Source of the DNA: a virus | Lineage: Duplodnaviria; Caudoviricetes | Virus record (IMG/VR): IMGVR_UViG_3300039208_000182 | Coordinates: 1-38,203 of that record | Length of the DNA stretch: 38,203 nt | Reading direction: 5' to 3' (one strand) | In this document: positions 8,181 through 18,714 of the stretch, piece after piece | Numbering within the stretch: position 1 is the stretch's first letter | How the letters are laid out: each line of letters opens with the position of its first letter | The notes under the pieces: generated by a model | The model's input: the letters and a program-made list of their open reading frames with translations, nothing else | What the model was told of the DNA's origin: nothing | The model's database searches: none | Translations under genes and position numbers: made by a program

Positions 8181-10773
8181 AGTCCCATTGGGGGTATTTG
8201 CCCCCGATTCTGAAACGGTTAGTGGTCCAGCGTTGCGGGATGTGGAGAACCTCCTGCCACTGTACGGCTCTTACCGATTTCTTCGTTCACCAACAGTTGC
8301 CAGTGTTTTTGATAAGACTGGTAACAATCCTGTGAGCGGGGGATTCGTGCATCTGGTGGACAAACGCGAATTAATACAATTTGCACGCCCCGATGAGGAT
8401 GTACCTACACCCGACTTCGCCCATTGGCGTGATAATGAAGGCAATAATGAGGGTGATGGATTATACAAAGCCATAGACGAGGCCGTTCCCAATGACGCCG
8501 ATTATATCTTTGGAGGACAAAGTAATGGTCAGGCTGGATTTGAAGTTAAGTTAAGTGAGGTAGATGACCCCCTGGTTGATACCGGCCACATACTAAGAGT
8601 TCGATATTTTATTGATAGTCCGGTAGACACAACATTTAATTTCACCCTTATTGATGATGGTTCCAACATTGCATCAGTAACCCCCAGTTCTCCTCCAGTG
8701 GGGGAATGGACAACAGAAACTTTAACCTTAGGGACACTCCAAGCCTCCAGTATTGCTAATTATGATCGTCTATCGGTATCCTTTGCCGCCGACCTTGACT
8801 CAGATTTGCAGGTTTTTTACCCGGATGAGGTTGTAGGTAATAGTGGTGGTTGGGAAGGTAATGATGGGGGAACGGACCTACACGACTATTTAGGTGATCT
8901 AGCTGACGATACTGAATACATTACTACCCCGAATATTCCAGCGGGGGGTTTTAATTTTTGGGCCACGGTTGGTTTAGAAAATCCGGTAGACCCTGATGTA
9001 CTTACCCAGCACAAGCTAGACGTGCGGGCCCGTCGTGTTACGATGAGTGCAGGGGAATTAAAGGTTATCCTCAAAGAAGGTGACACGACAATAGCAACAT
9101 CCACGATCACCTTAAACGATTCCTTTACCACACATTCTATTAATTTTGATTCTGATGATATTTTAAATATCAATGACTACCAAAATCTTCGGATCACTTT
9201 TCAGGCTAAGAACACGGCCCTAAGTGGCGCAGGGACCGTAGAAATTTCCGGCATGGAGCTTGAAATGCCCCAAAGCGGAACTTTATTCATTAGCTGGGTG
9301 GAGTTTGAGGTGCCCTCAGTGGCGGGTGCCGAAACCAAGGAAGGTGATGTCAACATTCAGTATGTGGGGGATGATGAAGAGTTATTTGAATTGTCTGATG
9401 CTTTTGCTTGGTCTGAGGTAGGCCGGGTTAGTAATTACGGCCAAGGTACGTCTAAACCCCTGTCCTGGGACTTCACCAGTTGGGGTGATGACGTAATTGC
9501 CACCAACTACGTAGATGAAATTCAAACCAAGGGGCCAACGGATTCTGTCTTTAGTGATCTTATTACGTCTCCTGGGTCTGATGAATACGAACCACGAGCC
9601 CGGTTTTGTACCACTATTAACAACTTCCTGGTATTGGCCGACATAAATCCGGACAGCGGTGGTGCTGGGGGTGCCGGTACTTTAGGGACCAGTTTGGGGA
9701 ATCCATACACAGTTTGGTGGAGCGCCATTAATGACAACCAGACCTTTAAAGAAATTGATCTAACCACCCAGTCTGATTATCAGCCTTTGCGGGATACACC
9801 GGGAGCCATCACTGGACTAGTGGGTGGAATTGATTACGGGCTGGTTTTCAAGCGTGGTTCCATCATACGCATGGACTACGTGGGCAGTCTTGAGATTTTT
9901 ACGTTTGATACCATCAGCTACAAAGATGGCACAGCTTATCCGCGCAGTATTGTCACGGCTGGTTCTGATGTGTATTTTATGGGCGGTGGCTCCATTAAAC
10001 GAATCCAAGAAGGCCGGTACGTATCCGATATTGGGGATGGGCAGGTTGTTCGATGGTTGACGGATAATGAAAACAATGACGAGGCGATGGCCCAGCGCAG
10101 TAACGAGAATACCAAGTTGGTAGATTCCCAAATCATTGGGGCTTATGATCCGATTACGCGGTGCATCTATTGGGTGTATACCCACGAGGGTGCTTCTGAC
10201 TTCAATAAGGAACGCCGCATCCTGGTGTACAACACGGTAGAGGATAGGTTCACTAAGCTATCTATCGACAGTTCCTTACCTTCCAATACGTACATTTCTC
10301 ACATCCAGACCATATTCAATACTACGGTAGGTGGTGGACCAGTTACGAGATTACTCCAGGTATTTCTTTACAACCCCACTACTGATGAGCACTCACTGGC
10401 GCACTTTACGGGCGGCAGGTATTTGAACAGTAGTTTTGAAAGCAACATCATGGACTCTGAGACATTTGCCCGAGGGGAGAATGTCAATGAGATACAGATC
10501 CATCGGGTACGGCCCATTTTTAGGATGGAAGGAACTTCACCAACGTACCCAAGTATCCGGCAGACGATTACATCATCTCACCAGCCGGAAATGTCTTCGA
10601 CCAGTGCGATAACGGTAGACTCAAACCAACGATCAGAGGCCGGATGGTATCCACTGGACAAGATTAAAGGTGGGGAGTTCTATACATTTAATACTAACAT
10701 TGAATTCGCAGCTGACCAATTAAGGTATTTTACCCACTGGGAAGTTGAGTATGAAGAAACAGGAGAACGATAG
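8167..10773 (+). CDS. Tail hub / packaged-DNA stabilisation protein (P22 gp10-like) with inserted beta-sandwich domains
   Basis: Start reassigned to ATG 8167 (MKRTRVPLGVFAPD); W.FT.WGDDVIATN, PRARF, VWWSAIND, QSDYQ, GAITGLVGG...VF...I.RM.YVG motifs. Confidence 0.75.
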   Translation: MKRTRVPLGVFAPDSETVSGPALRDVENLLPLYGSYRFLRSPTVASVFDKTGNNPVSGGFVHLVDKRELIQFARPDEDVPTPDFAHWRDNEGNNEGDGLYKAIDEAVPNDADYIFGGQSNGQAGFEVKLSEVDDPLVDTGHILRVRYFIDSPVDTTFNFTLIDDGSNIASVTPSSPPVGEWTTETLTLGTLQASSIANYDRLSVSFAADLDSDLQVFYPDEVVGNSGGWEGNDGGTDLHDYLGDLADDTEYITTPNIPAGGFNFWATVGLENPVDPDVLTQHKLDVRARRVTMSAGELKVILKEGDTTIATSTITLNDSFTTHSINFDSDDILNINDYQNLRITFQAKNTALSGAGTVEISGMELEMPQSGTLFISWVEFEVPSVAGAETKEGDVNIQYVGDDEELFELSDAFAWSEVGRVSNYGQGTSKPLSWDFTSWGDDVIATNYVDEIQTKGPTDSVFSDLITSPGSDEYEPRARFCTTINNFLVLADINPDSGGAGGAGTLGTSLGNPYTVWWSAINDNQTFKEIDLTTQSDYQPLRDTPGAITGLVGGIDYGLVFKRGSIIRMDYVGSLEIFTFDTISYKDGTAYPRSIVTAGSDVYFMGGGSIKRIQEGRYVSDIGDGQVVRWLTDNENNDEAMAQRSNENTKLVDSQIIGAYDPITRCIYWVYTHEGASDFNKERRILVYNTVEDRFTKLSIDSSLPSNTYISHIQTIFNTTVGGGPVTRLLQVFLYNPTTDEHSLAHFTGGRYLNSSFESNIMDSETFARGENVNEIQIHRVRPIFRMEGTSPTYPSIRQTITSSHQPEMSSTSAITVDSNQRSEAGWYPLDKIKGGEFYTFNTNIEFAADQLRYFTHWEVEYEETGER

Positions 10774-11326
10774 ATTGTCTAAGATTAGCAGACAAACGCA
10801 GGATCCCGGCAGGTCTTTCGAGAATTTCGTAACTATAGCTGATTACGTCAATGAGATGTATTTTCGCGAATGGCTTGATCCTACACGGTTTACCAGATCG
10901 GGTGGTAGTGAAGCCCAGCGAAATGAAACATCGGCTATCACTTTTCCAAATGCTTCAACTACATCGAATATAGCTAATTTTGTTAACAAGGATCTGTGGC
11001 GTAGTGGGTATTTCTCTGTTAAAATTTTCTACTCGACGGGAGCCACTACGAACGATATTCTTTTCCGCAGTACTATTAGGGGTTTTAACGAAGATACTGA
11101 TACTAACGGTACAACAGTTTCAAGCGTAACCTCTATCTTGGCCCCAGCATCGTCCACAGTAAATTACCTAGAGATTGTGTCAATCGAGGATACGGATAGC
11201 CCTATTAGTGATCATTATGATATGTATTCTTTAGAGTTAGAGAGAATTGGTGGCGACCCGGCGGATACTTACGGATTCAATGCTTTTGTACATGGAGTAT
11301 TAGTTGAATTCCATCCCACAACCTAG
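10751..11326 (+). CDS. Putative tail structural/adaptor protein
   Basis: Overlaps the tail hub gene end; Ser/Thr-rich beta composition with C-terminal LER...DPADTY...A.V.GV. Confidence 0.45.
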   Translation: MKKQENDRLSKISRQTQDPGRSFENFVTIADYVNEMYFREWLDPTRFTRSGGSEAQRNETSAITFPNASTTSNIANFVNKDLWRSGYFSVKIFYSTGATTNDILFRSTIRGFNEDTDTNGTTVSSVTSILAPASSTVNYLEIVSIEDTDSPISDHYDMYSLELERIGGDPADTYGFNAFVHGVLVEFHPTT

Positions 11327-11720
11327 TCGAGTTCCTAAAGCTGCGATTGAACCCTACTGGGAAGAGTTCTCAGAAGGGCTTCAATCGGCTTTGGACTACA
11401 GCGGCAATTATCGAACCCTGGAGGAAATACGGGAATGTCTCGATGAGGGCCGGATGGTGTTGTGGGTAGTAGAAGGATTAGGTTGTTGTACCACAGAACT
11501 AATGGAAACACCGGAGGGGGTATACTGCAATATCCCTTTCCTTTACAGCAAAGACCCCCGGGTGGATATACATGGACCGCTCTTGGAGTTGCTAGAAGAA
11601 GTAGCACGAGCCGAGGGACTGGTGGGTATTAAATTTATTAGCCAGCGTCCGGGTTATGGTCGTAAGATGAAAAAATATGGGTTTAAGCCTGGGTTTGTGG
11701 AGTATCGTAAGCAGTGGTAA
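11304..11720 (+). CDS. GNAT-fold protein (virion assembly-associated)
   Basis: IRECLDEGRMVLW...LEEVARAEG..GIKF..RPGY.RKMKKYGF; GGAG RBS plus TTG; typical position before the ejection genes. Confidence 0.55.
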   Translation: MNSIPQPSRVPKAAIEPYWEEFSEGLQSALDYSGNYRTLEEIRECLDEGRMVLWVVEGLGCCTTELMETPEGVYCNIPFLYSKDPRVDIHGPLLELLEEVARAEGLVGIKFISQRPGYGRKMKKYGFKPGFVEYRKQW

Positions 11721-12154
11721 TACGTGAATTAACGGTGGAGGAAGTCCCCCAGTGCGAGGAAATAGGAAGGCTATTTTACGCAGAGGGAACCATCCCAGGT
11801 GAGTTCAATCCAGAGGTATTTAATTCTAACTGGAAAAATTTAATAGACAATAACGTAGGTACTATTCTTGGAGCTTGGAAGAATAATCGTCTTATCGGAG
11901 TCCTAGGAGGAGTTTTGGCCCCGGATGTCAACGATGGGCAATTAGTGGCGAATGAGATGTTTTGGTTTATGCTCCCCGATAGTAGAGGTGGGGGTATCAG
12001 GTTACTAAAGAGTTACATGAAGCTCATGAAATCTAGGGGAGCCAAGAGGATTACCATGGTACATCTGGCAGACGGCATGGGAAATAGGGTAAAAAAATTA
12101 TACACCCGATTAGGGTTAGAACCCGTAGAAACTCATTATAAGGGAATTTTATGA
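11714..12154 (+). CDS. GNAT family N-acetyltransferase
   Basis: MVIREL start, E.FWFMLPDSRGGG.RLL acetyl-CoA loop, LY.RLG motif. Confidence 0.8.
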   Translation: MVIRELTVEEVPQCEEIGRLFYAEGTIPGEFNPEVFNSNWKNLIDNNVGTILGAWKNNRLIGVLGGVLAPDVNDGQLVANEMFWFMLPDSRGGGIRLLKSYMKLMKSRGAKRITMVHLADGMGNRVKKLYTRLGLEPVETHYKGIL

Positions 12155-12720
12155 TTTTAGTTATGGATAACGTAGTCCCTAGTAATGAATTGGACTCCCT
12201 GCGCCAGGACGCTTTAGCGCAAAATTTTAATGATGTGGAGTATGATAGCCATATTTTTCCAGGTATAGGAACAGCGTTACCCTTTAGTAAAATGGAGGCT
12301 ACTGTCTCCCAACTTGTTGGATCTCCCATTGAAGTAGAAATGTCATTTTGGAAAATGGGATTAGCAGGGGAAAATGCTCCTACGTGGATTCATGCGGATT
12401 CAGGTTGTTCCCAGCTGGCGGCCATTTATTATTTGTCTGACAGTCCCGGTGGAACCGCATTCTGGAAACACAAAGAAACAGGGTGGCTAGAAATCCCTAA
12501 AGAGACAGATAATGCTATGGAAGTGGCTGACTTACTGCACCGGGATACCCACAATGAAGCAGCTTGGGAACAAACAGATTTTATCAAAGGGTTTAAAAAC
12601 AGACTAGTTATTTATTCCTCAAAGGTTTTTCACAGTAGATATCCTCAAGAAGAAAAAGCCACAACAAAAGAAGATGGGCGTTTAACTTGGGTATGTTTTT
12701 TTAATGTAAGGGGGTCGTAG
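12151..12720 (+). CDS. 2OG-Fe(II) oxygenase superfamily protein (DUF6445-like)
   Basis: IHAD (HxD)...AAIYYLS...GGTAFWKH...NRLVIY....FHS...RL..V.FF. Confidence 0.8.
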   Translation: MILVMDNVVPSNELDSLRQDALAQNFNDVEYDSHIFPGIGTALPFSKMEATVSQLVGSPIEVEMSFWKMGLAGENAPTWIHADSGCSQLAAIYYLSDSPGGTAFWKHKETGWLEIPKETDNAMEVADLLHRDTHNEAAWEQTDFIKGFKNRLVIYSSKVFHSRYPQEEKATTKEDGRLTWVCFFNVRGS

Positions 12721-12721
12721 A

Positions 12722-13825
12722 ATGGCCGCAGTAACAGGAGCCGTAGTTGCCGGGCTTGGGTCCGCCTACGGCGCATACAGTCAAAGTAAAGCCGCTAAGA
12801 AGGGGTCTAAAAGTACTTCTTACTTAGAACCCTACGGTGGCGCTAAGGGCACTTCTTATTTAAACACATTATTGGATAAAGGGAATGACCTTTATTTTAA
12901 CACACCGAACCCCGATATTGGCCCCAGTGACGAAATGCGCCGATTGTATGGTGAATTAAGTGGACTAGTTGGTGGTAGTGGTCAAAATGGTGGAGGGGGT
13001 TATAGTTATACCGGCGGTGGTTCATCCGGCGGGGGAAGCTCCTCCAGTAGTGGACGACCTGGTGGGGGTAATGGCAACTTCATGAACACCCAACAACTCG
13101 GGGATTACCTAGGCAATTATTCCGTTGAACCTAACCAGTGGATGCGGGAAGTGCTGGATGGTAAGTTCTTAGATCAGGGTAATCCTTACGTGCAATCCTT
13201 GGTAGATGAATCTTATGAGGACTATCAGCGATCACTAGGAGACATTGATTCCCGTTTTGCTACCAGTGGACGATTCGGCAGTGGTGCTTTGGCAAGGGCT
13301 CACGTATTAGCCAATGAGGAATTCAATGAGGGAGCCCAGCAATTACGGGGCAGTCTCTACGAAAACGAGCGCAACCGCATGATGGATGCGATGGGGATGC
13401 TCTCGGGTGAAAATACCTCAGCCCGTAGTACACTGGGGGGGACCAACCAGTCCTTAATTGCCCGAAGTGGTCAGTTGGGATCTGCCAAGATAGCAGCCGA
13501 TGCTCAACGGGCAGCCGCTAGTATGGCCTTGCGTGGTCAGATGGCTCGACTGGGATTTGACCGGGATCAAGCTAAGTTCGGTAATATGATGCAACTTATG
13601 GGTGTTGCCGAGGGAATGAATACTCTGGAGAATAAGAATGAACTACTCCCCTACGAGATGCTCAATCAAGCTCAGCAGTTTGGCCTACCCATCCTAAGCA
13701 CATTCGGCACCCAGCATGGAAAATCGACCCAGCCTTACGCCGGTAATCCTTGGATTAATGCTGGTATTTCCGGACTGGGGGGTTATCTCGGGGCCGGTGG
13801 AACTTTCGGTGGAGGAGGTAGTTAA
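12722..13825 (+). CDS. Putative DNA ejection/pilot protein
   Basis: Gly/Ala/Ser-rich hydrophobic termini, NPY, GRFGSG, Y.NERNRM motifs. Confidence 0.6.
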   Translation: MAAVTGAVVAGLGSAYGAYSQSKAAKKGSKSTSYLEPYGGAKGTSYLNTLLDKGNDLYFNTPNPDIGPSDEMRRLYGELSGLVGGSGQNGGGGYSYTGGGSSGGGSSSSSGRPGGGNGNFMNTQQLGDYLGNYSVEPNQWMREVLDGKFLDQGNPYVQSLVDESYEDYQRSLGDIDSRFATSGRFGSGALARAHVLANEEFNEGAQQLRGSLYENERNRMMDAMGMLSGENTSARSTLGGTNQSLIARSGQLGSAKIAADAQRAAASMALRGQMARLGFDRDQAKFGNMMQLMGVAEGMNTLENKNELLPYEMLNQAQQFGLPILSTFGTQHGKSTQPYAGNPWINAGISGLGGYLGAGGTFGGGGS

Positions 13826-14742
13826 TGGGATTTCGTAATATGTTTTTTGGGAGCGGCCCCGGCCCTACCTTTGAAGATCCGGATTTGCAGGCTGATTATC
13901 TGCGGCGAATTGGGGCAGCTTTATCCGCCTCAGTCGGCCCTAATGGTATGACAGGTAATATGGCTCAAAACTTGGTAGGGGCCATGGATCAAACGATGGC
14001 ACTAGAGCGTCAGCAACTTCTCGATACCCGGAATCAGGAAATCCAAGATTTGCGCATGGAAGATTATATGAATCGTGGAGAGGCCCAAAAGTTACGTGAG
14101 GAACTACAGCTCCGTCAGTATGAGGATGAGCAGAACGAAATGGCCGGTATTTTAGAAAGAGCTGGTGCCATAGCTAATGAAATGGGCGTAGCGCCCCCTC
14201 AGACGCCCGAGGAGGCAAGTTTATTCATTGACCAATACATACGTAACCAATTTAAAGACCAAGCCCCTGAGCAGCCTGCTGTGCGGGGTGGCACGGTTCA
14301 ATTGCCGGATGGTAGTTTTGGGTTTGTGCGCGAGGATGGTTCAGTGGTTCCGTGGCAAGATGGGGTTGAGCCTTACCACAAGCCTCAGGTTGCCCCTAAT
14401 TTAAATATCCGCACCTACCCCAGCGAACAGGGCCAAATGATTGTACCAGTTAATCCAAAGACGGGAGCCTTGGCTGGTGATGCGCAGTTACTACCTGGTA
14501 GCATGCCGCCGGAGCAAGAAGAGCCGGAAACACCTGACAATAGTGAGATGATTAAGTTAGCCCACCAGTACCGTAAGATGTACATGCAGATTATGGAAAT
14601 GCCTGAAGGTGAAATTCGCAACGGTAAGTTGGCAGAGTTAGAAGCTATGTTTAACTGGCCCGATGGATTTGATCCGATGGATCCGCTTACGTGGGAAGTC
14701 CAATCAGTAGGTGGTAATATCTTTGGTGATTTACTTGAATAA
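13825..14742 (+). CDS. Putative internal virion/ejection protein
   Basis: Translationally coupled (TAATG) at both ends, between ejection-type genes; Q/M/P-rich coiled coil. Confidence 0.5.
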   Translation: MGFRNMFFGSGPGPTFEDPDLQADYLRRIGAALSASVGPNGMTGNMAQNLVGAMDQTMALERQQLLDTRNQEIQDLRMEDYMNRGEAQKLREELQLRQYEDEQNEMAGILERAGAIANEMGVAPPQTPEEASLFIDQYIRNQFKDQAPEQPAVRGGTVQLPDGSFGFVREDGSVVPWQDGVEPYHKPQVAPNLNIRTYPSEQGQMIVPVNPKTGALAGDAQLLPGSMPPEQEEPETPDNSEMIKLAHQYRKMYMQIMEMPEGEIRNGKLAELEAMFNWPDGFDPMDPLTWEVQSVGGNIFGDLLE

Positions 14743-17700
14743 TGTTTGACGCTCGATTTGACACGATCTTGGGTTCGGATTTAAGCCGCAACCTAAGCCA
14801 TCTTCCTGACGATATCCAGGGGAAGATCAGGGAACGTGTACTTAGAGCACATGAGGGCGGAGCGGACAGTGGTCAAATTCAATCCCAATTACGCTCTTTC
14901 CTGGGGCAGTACAAGGATGCCAAAGGATCGGCTGTATCCCGTAAAACTATTCGGTCTAAGACTAGGGATCCTAATTATACCCAGTCTCCGGACGTTCTAG
15001 ATACACCGGATCGCACGTCTAACCTGGGGGATAAAGGTAAGATGTGGCAGGCAGCTGCTTCTAACCTTGTTAATATTCCTCGGGATCTTATTGACGTAGC
15101 AGCTTTGGGGCATCGGTACCTAAACCCCGCTGGTTGGATACAGGGGGACAAGGTATTTGACGATACTGCTAAACTGCACGATGCCATTGACAAGGCAGTC
15201 CCTATCTATAATGACCTGGGGGAAGCTCGGGAAGTAGCTCGGGAAGATTATCTGGCCACGGCTAATAGTCCCAGTGCAGCCCGCAAAGCTTTATTCGCAG
15301 CTGAATTACTAGAGCCTACTTCCAATAACCCAGCGGGCCTAGCCAGATTAGCTGGTAAAATGGCTTTAGTTGGAACTGGTGCTTATGGTGCCCGTAAGTT
15401 GGGGCGTAAAATTGGTAGGGCAACGGCACCAACGTTAGACGATACTTCCCGTCAAACGATGCGGCGTAGTATTAGTGGTGCCGATACCCAGGCTTACGAC
15501 GAGCTGGCAGCTTCCCTGCGCGAAAAGGCAGAACTTAAGAACGCTGAACTTCGCATGCAGGAAGAGGATTTGTTAACTGATCCGGACTACATGCAGGCAC
15601 ACGATACTCTATACCAGGAAATACCAGTCAAGAAAGATAAGCTTAAGTCCCTCCTTAAAAGAGCAGAACGTACTGAGGATCCTATTAAGAAAGAAAGGGT
15701 TTTCAACAGAACAGTTCGACTAGAGACTAAGGTGGCCGATACCGAGAACGCGGCCATTGATGTGCTAGTAGATAAGTCCAAAGGGTTAGAAGAATCCCAG
15801 GAATTCATAACCGCCCTGGATAGAAAGGCTTCTATTCTAGAGGGACGGGCTCGTGAGATTAACGCGGCTCGTGAAAAGTATGGCGTATACCTGGATGAAG
15901 CTAAATTTACGCAGGCAGAATTAGCCACGGCCAATGGGTTGCGTGAGGCAGAGAACGCCCGCCAGCTTTATCATTTCCTGCCCGAGGATGAATTTAAGTC
16001 CACGGCGGACATGATTAAGGGAATAGCAGCTCGTGAAGCTAAAGAAACCCCTGCCCTGGGGAAGTCAGAGCAAGGGTTCGATAAATTCTACCAGTTCTTA
16101 AAGAAGAATTTCGGGAGTCGACGAGGGCTGCCCGAGGATGTCTTTATGTCCAAAATTAAAGCCGACCAGGAACCTATCCTGGGGGCTTATCAAATGCGGC
16201 AAAAGGCAGAGGCTATTAAGGAGCTGGTGGAGCGCAAATACGGGGATATAGAGCTTTACGACCAGGTAGATAATCTATTAACCGCCAAAGAGGCTAGGCT
16301 TCCAGGGGATGTCCACGCCATAGCTCAATCTATGCGTGACGATTTAGATAATCTGTCCATGCAGCTATTGGATAACCCCAGCCTGCAGAATGCCAGCCCT
16401 GATCTGCGGCAAAAGCTTTCAGACAATCTTGGTAAGTACTTGCACCGGGATTACGCGGTCATTGAAAATCCGTTCTGGCAGAAGGACGTATCACCGGAAA
16501 TTGTCGGCAAGGCCAAGGAGTTCCTCAAAAGGGACTACGATCTAACCGATGACCAGATCGAAGGTATTATCCGGGCCAGTACTACCCAAAAGAACAATCC
16601 ACTGCTGGTGCTTAATGCCAACAAAGTTAGTTCTACGGGTAGGCGTGTGCTCAGAGCCCGCAAGAACGTACCACCAGCGATGCGTGCCCTACTGGGGGAA
16701 CATACTGATCCTTTTCACAAGGCAGTGCGGTCCTCCTACTATATGCATTCATTGGCAGCGGAAATGGATTTTAACCAGAAATTAGGCCCCATGCTAGCGG
16801 AGCAAGGGCTTGGTGTCGCGAGCCCCATTGCTACCGGCAAGTTCACCAGGGAGTTACCCAATTCCCCTGGGTTCTTCGTATCCGACGACATCGCGGACAT
16901 TCTGGAAGAGCAGACTAAGCTCAAGGCCAATAGCTTTAGCCTTATGCTTAATGGTTTAACCAAAGCACACAATACCGTCCTCAGTCCTACTACCCACGTT
17001 AAGAATTTTATCTCTAACGGTTGGGTGGCTATGGCGTTAGGGCATATCCCCAATGTTATTGATCCAATCGGGCGTAAGGGAGCAAGAGCACTACGCACTG
17101 AAAAGGCAGCCAGTCCCGAGATTACCCAAATGGTAGAGGAGCTTATTCAAGAGGGTGCCCTGGGCACTAACGTAGATGTAGGTGATTTACTAGAGTTTGA
17201 AAACTCTATGAATTATTACATGCGCAAAGCCACTGGCAAAAAGGTATCGGAAAAATACGAAAAGCTAATGGATTTTGGAACCAAGTGGTATCTCACAGGA
17301 GATAACTACTGGAAGGTTAGTATCTATAACAAGGAAATTAAGCAATACACCAAAGCGCTAATGGATTCCGGCATGACCCGATCCGCAGCCGAGACTGAGG
17401 CTAAGAAAAGAGCTGTTAGGGTGGTTCGGGATGCCACGCAGAACTACAATTTCTTGCCCCGAGTGGGTCGCAAGATCCGTGAAAGCGCCATCATAGGGCC
17501 TTTCGCCAGTTTCCCTATCGAGAGTATGCGCAACTTCCGCAACTTGGTCAACATCATGTATGACGATTTAGCTGACCCTGTTACCCGCAAGATTGGATTG
17601 CGACGGGCAGCTGGTGTTATGGCTTCAGTTACAGCCGAGTACGCGGGCAGTCGTTGGGCTTCAACCTTTACTAACGTGGGCCGCAACGTCAACCAAGCGG

Positions 17701-18443
17701 TCGTGCCTTTTTTGCCGGAGTACCACCAGGATGGGGAAATTGTTCCCTACAAGTGGGATCCAACCACTGGCCAGATGGAATACTCCATCATGAGTGATGG
17801 GAATTACTATAATTATCCCATGTCCATAATGCGGTCAGCTACCGCCCCTAGCCAAGACCCAGCTGAATGGGCGGGCAATTTCCTGGGAGCTGTGGCTGGT
17901 GATATAGTGTCGCCCAGTCTTATCCTGGGACCGATATCGGAGTATTGGCAGACAGGGGATATGAAACAAGCCGGTAAGAAACTGGTTAAGAACGTAACAC
18001 CGGGACTAGTGCGTGATCCCTTGGAAGCAGCTAGGGCAGCCGACGTACCCGGCGTAAGTAGAATTATAGGGCCTACCCCTGTAAGCCGGGCGGATCGTAC
18101 TGCCATCGAGCAGCTAGGGGGTAAGGCCGTAGGTGTCCAGCGGTACAAGTTGGACATCAAGAAAAGATTCCGAGGGGAGATATCAGAGCTGCGAAGATCT
18201 GCCGATTCCCAAGGGCGGAGGATAGCCGAGTTAACCAACCAGTCGGATAAGTTTGAGGCGCAACGCCAGTATCAAGAGAAGTGGCGGCAGGCGGGGGAAA
18301 GAACCTTATTCTTAATCCAGCAATTACGTAACGCGGGAATTGATGATTATTATATTTCCCAGTGGCTTCCCTCTTATACTAATAACCACAAGATTTACTT
18401 GCTGCAAGGGGAAATTCCCCCAGCACCCGTACCAAAGGAATAA
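14742..18443 (+). CDS. Large internal virion/ejection protein (1233 aa)
   Basis: Large helical protein ending the structural module; YLHRDY, TVLSP.THVKNFISN, D.Y.K...Y, NY..LP...PFASF motifs. Confidence 0.6.
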   Translation: MFDARFDTILGSDLSRNLSHLPDDIQGKIRERVLRAHEGGADSGQIQSQLRSFLGQYKDAKGSAVSRKTIRSKTRDPNYTQSPDVLDTPDRTSNLGDKGKMWQAAASNLVNIPRDLIDVAALGHRYLNPAGWIQGDKVFDDTAKLHDAIDKAVPIYNDLGEAREVAREDYLATANSPSAARKALFAAELLEPTSNNPAGLARLAGKMALVGTGAYGARKLGRKIGRATAPTLDDTSRQTMRRSISGADTQAYDELAASLREKAELKNAELRMQEEDLLTDPDYMQAHDTLYQEIPVKKDKLKSLLKRAERTEDPIKKERVFNRTVRLETKVADTENAAIDVLVDKSKGLEESQEFITALDRKASILEGRAREINAAREKYGVYLDEAKFTQAELATANGLREAENARQLYHFLPEDEFKSTADMIKGIAAREAKETPALGKSEQGFDKFYQFLKKNFGSRRGLPEDVFMSKIKADQEPILGAYQMRQKAEAIKELVERKYGDIELYDQVDNLLTAKEARLPGDVHAIAQSMRDDLDNLSMQLLDNPSLQNASPDLRQKLSDNLGKYLHRDYAVIENPFWQKDVSPEIVGKAKEFLKRDYDLTDDQIEGIIRASTTQKNNPLLVLNANKVSSTGRRVLRARKNVPPAMRALLGEHTDPFHKAVRSSYYMHSLAAEMDFNQKLGPMLAEQGLGVASPIATGKFTRELPNSPGFFVSDDIADILEEQTKLKANSFSLMLNGLTKAHNTVLSPTTHVKNFISNGWVAMALGHIPNVIDPIGRKGARALRTEKAASPEITQMVEELIQEGALGTNVDVGDLLEFENSMNYYMRKATGKKVSEKYEKLMDFGTKWYLTGDNYWKVSIYNKEIKQYTKALMDSGMTRSAAETEAKKRAVRVVRDATQNYNFLPRVGRKIRESAIIGPFASFPIESMRNFRNLVNIMYDDLADPVTRKIGLRRAAGVMASVTAEYAGSRWASTFTNVGRNVNQAVVPFLPEYHQDGEIVPYKWDPTTGQMEYSIMSDGNYYNYPMSIMRSATAPSQDPAEWAGNFLGAVAGDIVSPSLILGPISEYWQTGDMKQAGKKLVKNVTPGLVRDPLEAARAADVPGVSRIIGPTPVSRADRTAIEQLGGKAVGVQRYKLDIKKRFRGEISELRRSADSQGRRIAELTNQSDKFEAQRQYQEKWRQAGERTLFLIQQLRNAGIDDYYISQWLPSYTNNHKIYLLQGEIPPAPVPKE

Positions 18444-18447
18444 GATT

Positions 18448-18714
18448 ATGCCGTCTAATTTTCTACCAGAGGACAAAGAATTGCTGATCCGGATTGATGA
18501 GAGAACACGGAACACCCACGACCATGTTAAAAGCATAGATAAACGTCTCACCAAGCTGGAGGAGAAGGGGGATGCTCGCCTTGAATCCTTGGAAAAGGAT
18601 ATCGAGGGCAAGTACGTTTCCCAAAAAGAATTTATCCCAGTGCGCAACTGGGTCACCGCCATCCTGAGTGCTATTATTACTGGATGGGGTATTGACAAAT
18701 GGCTGGGTAGCTAA
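18448..18714 (+). CDS. Putative holin-like membrane protein
   Basis: ATG 18448; LLIRIDERT coiled coil plus C-terminal TM segment; coupled to the endolysin gene. Confidence 0.5.
   Translation: MPSNFLPEDKELLIRIDERTRNTHDHVKSIDKRLTKLEEKGDARLESLEKDIEGKYVSQKEFIPVRNWVTAILSAIITGWGIDKWLGS

Noticed and set aside
12970-13075. Gly/Ser-rich GGT/GGC low-complexity tract
   Set aside because: Coding linker in the pilot-like protein; no nucleotide-level repeat unit
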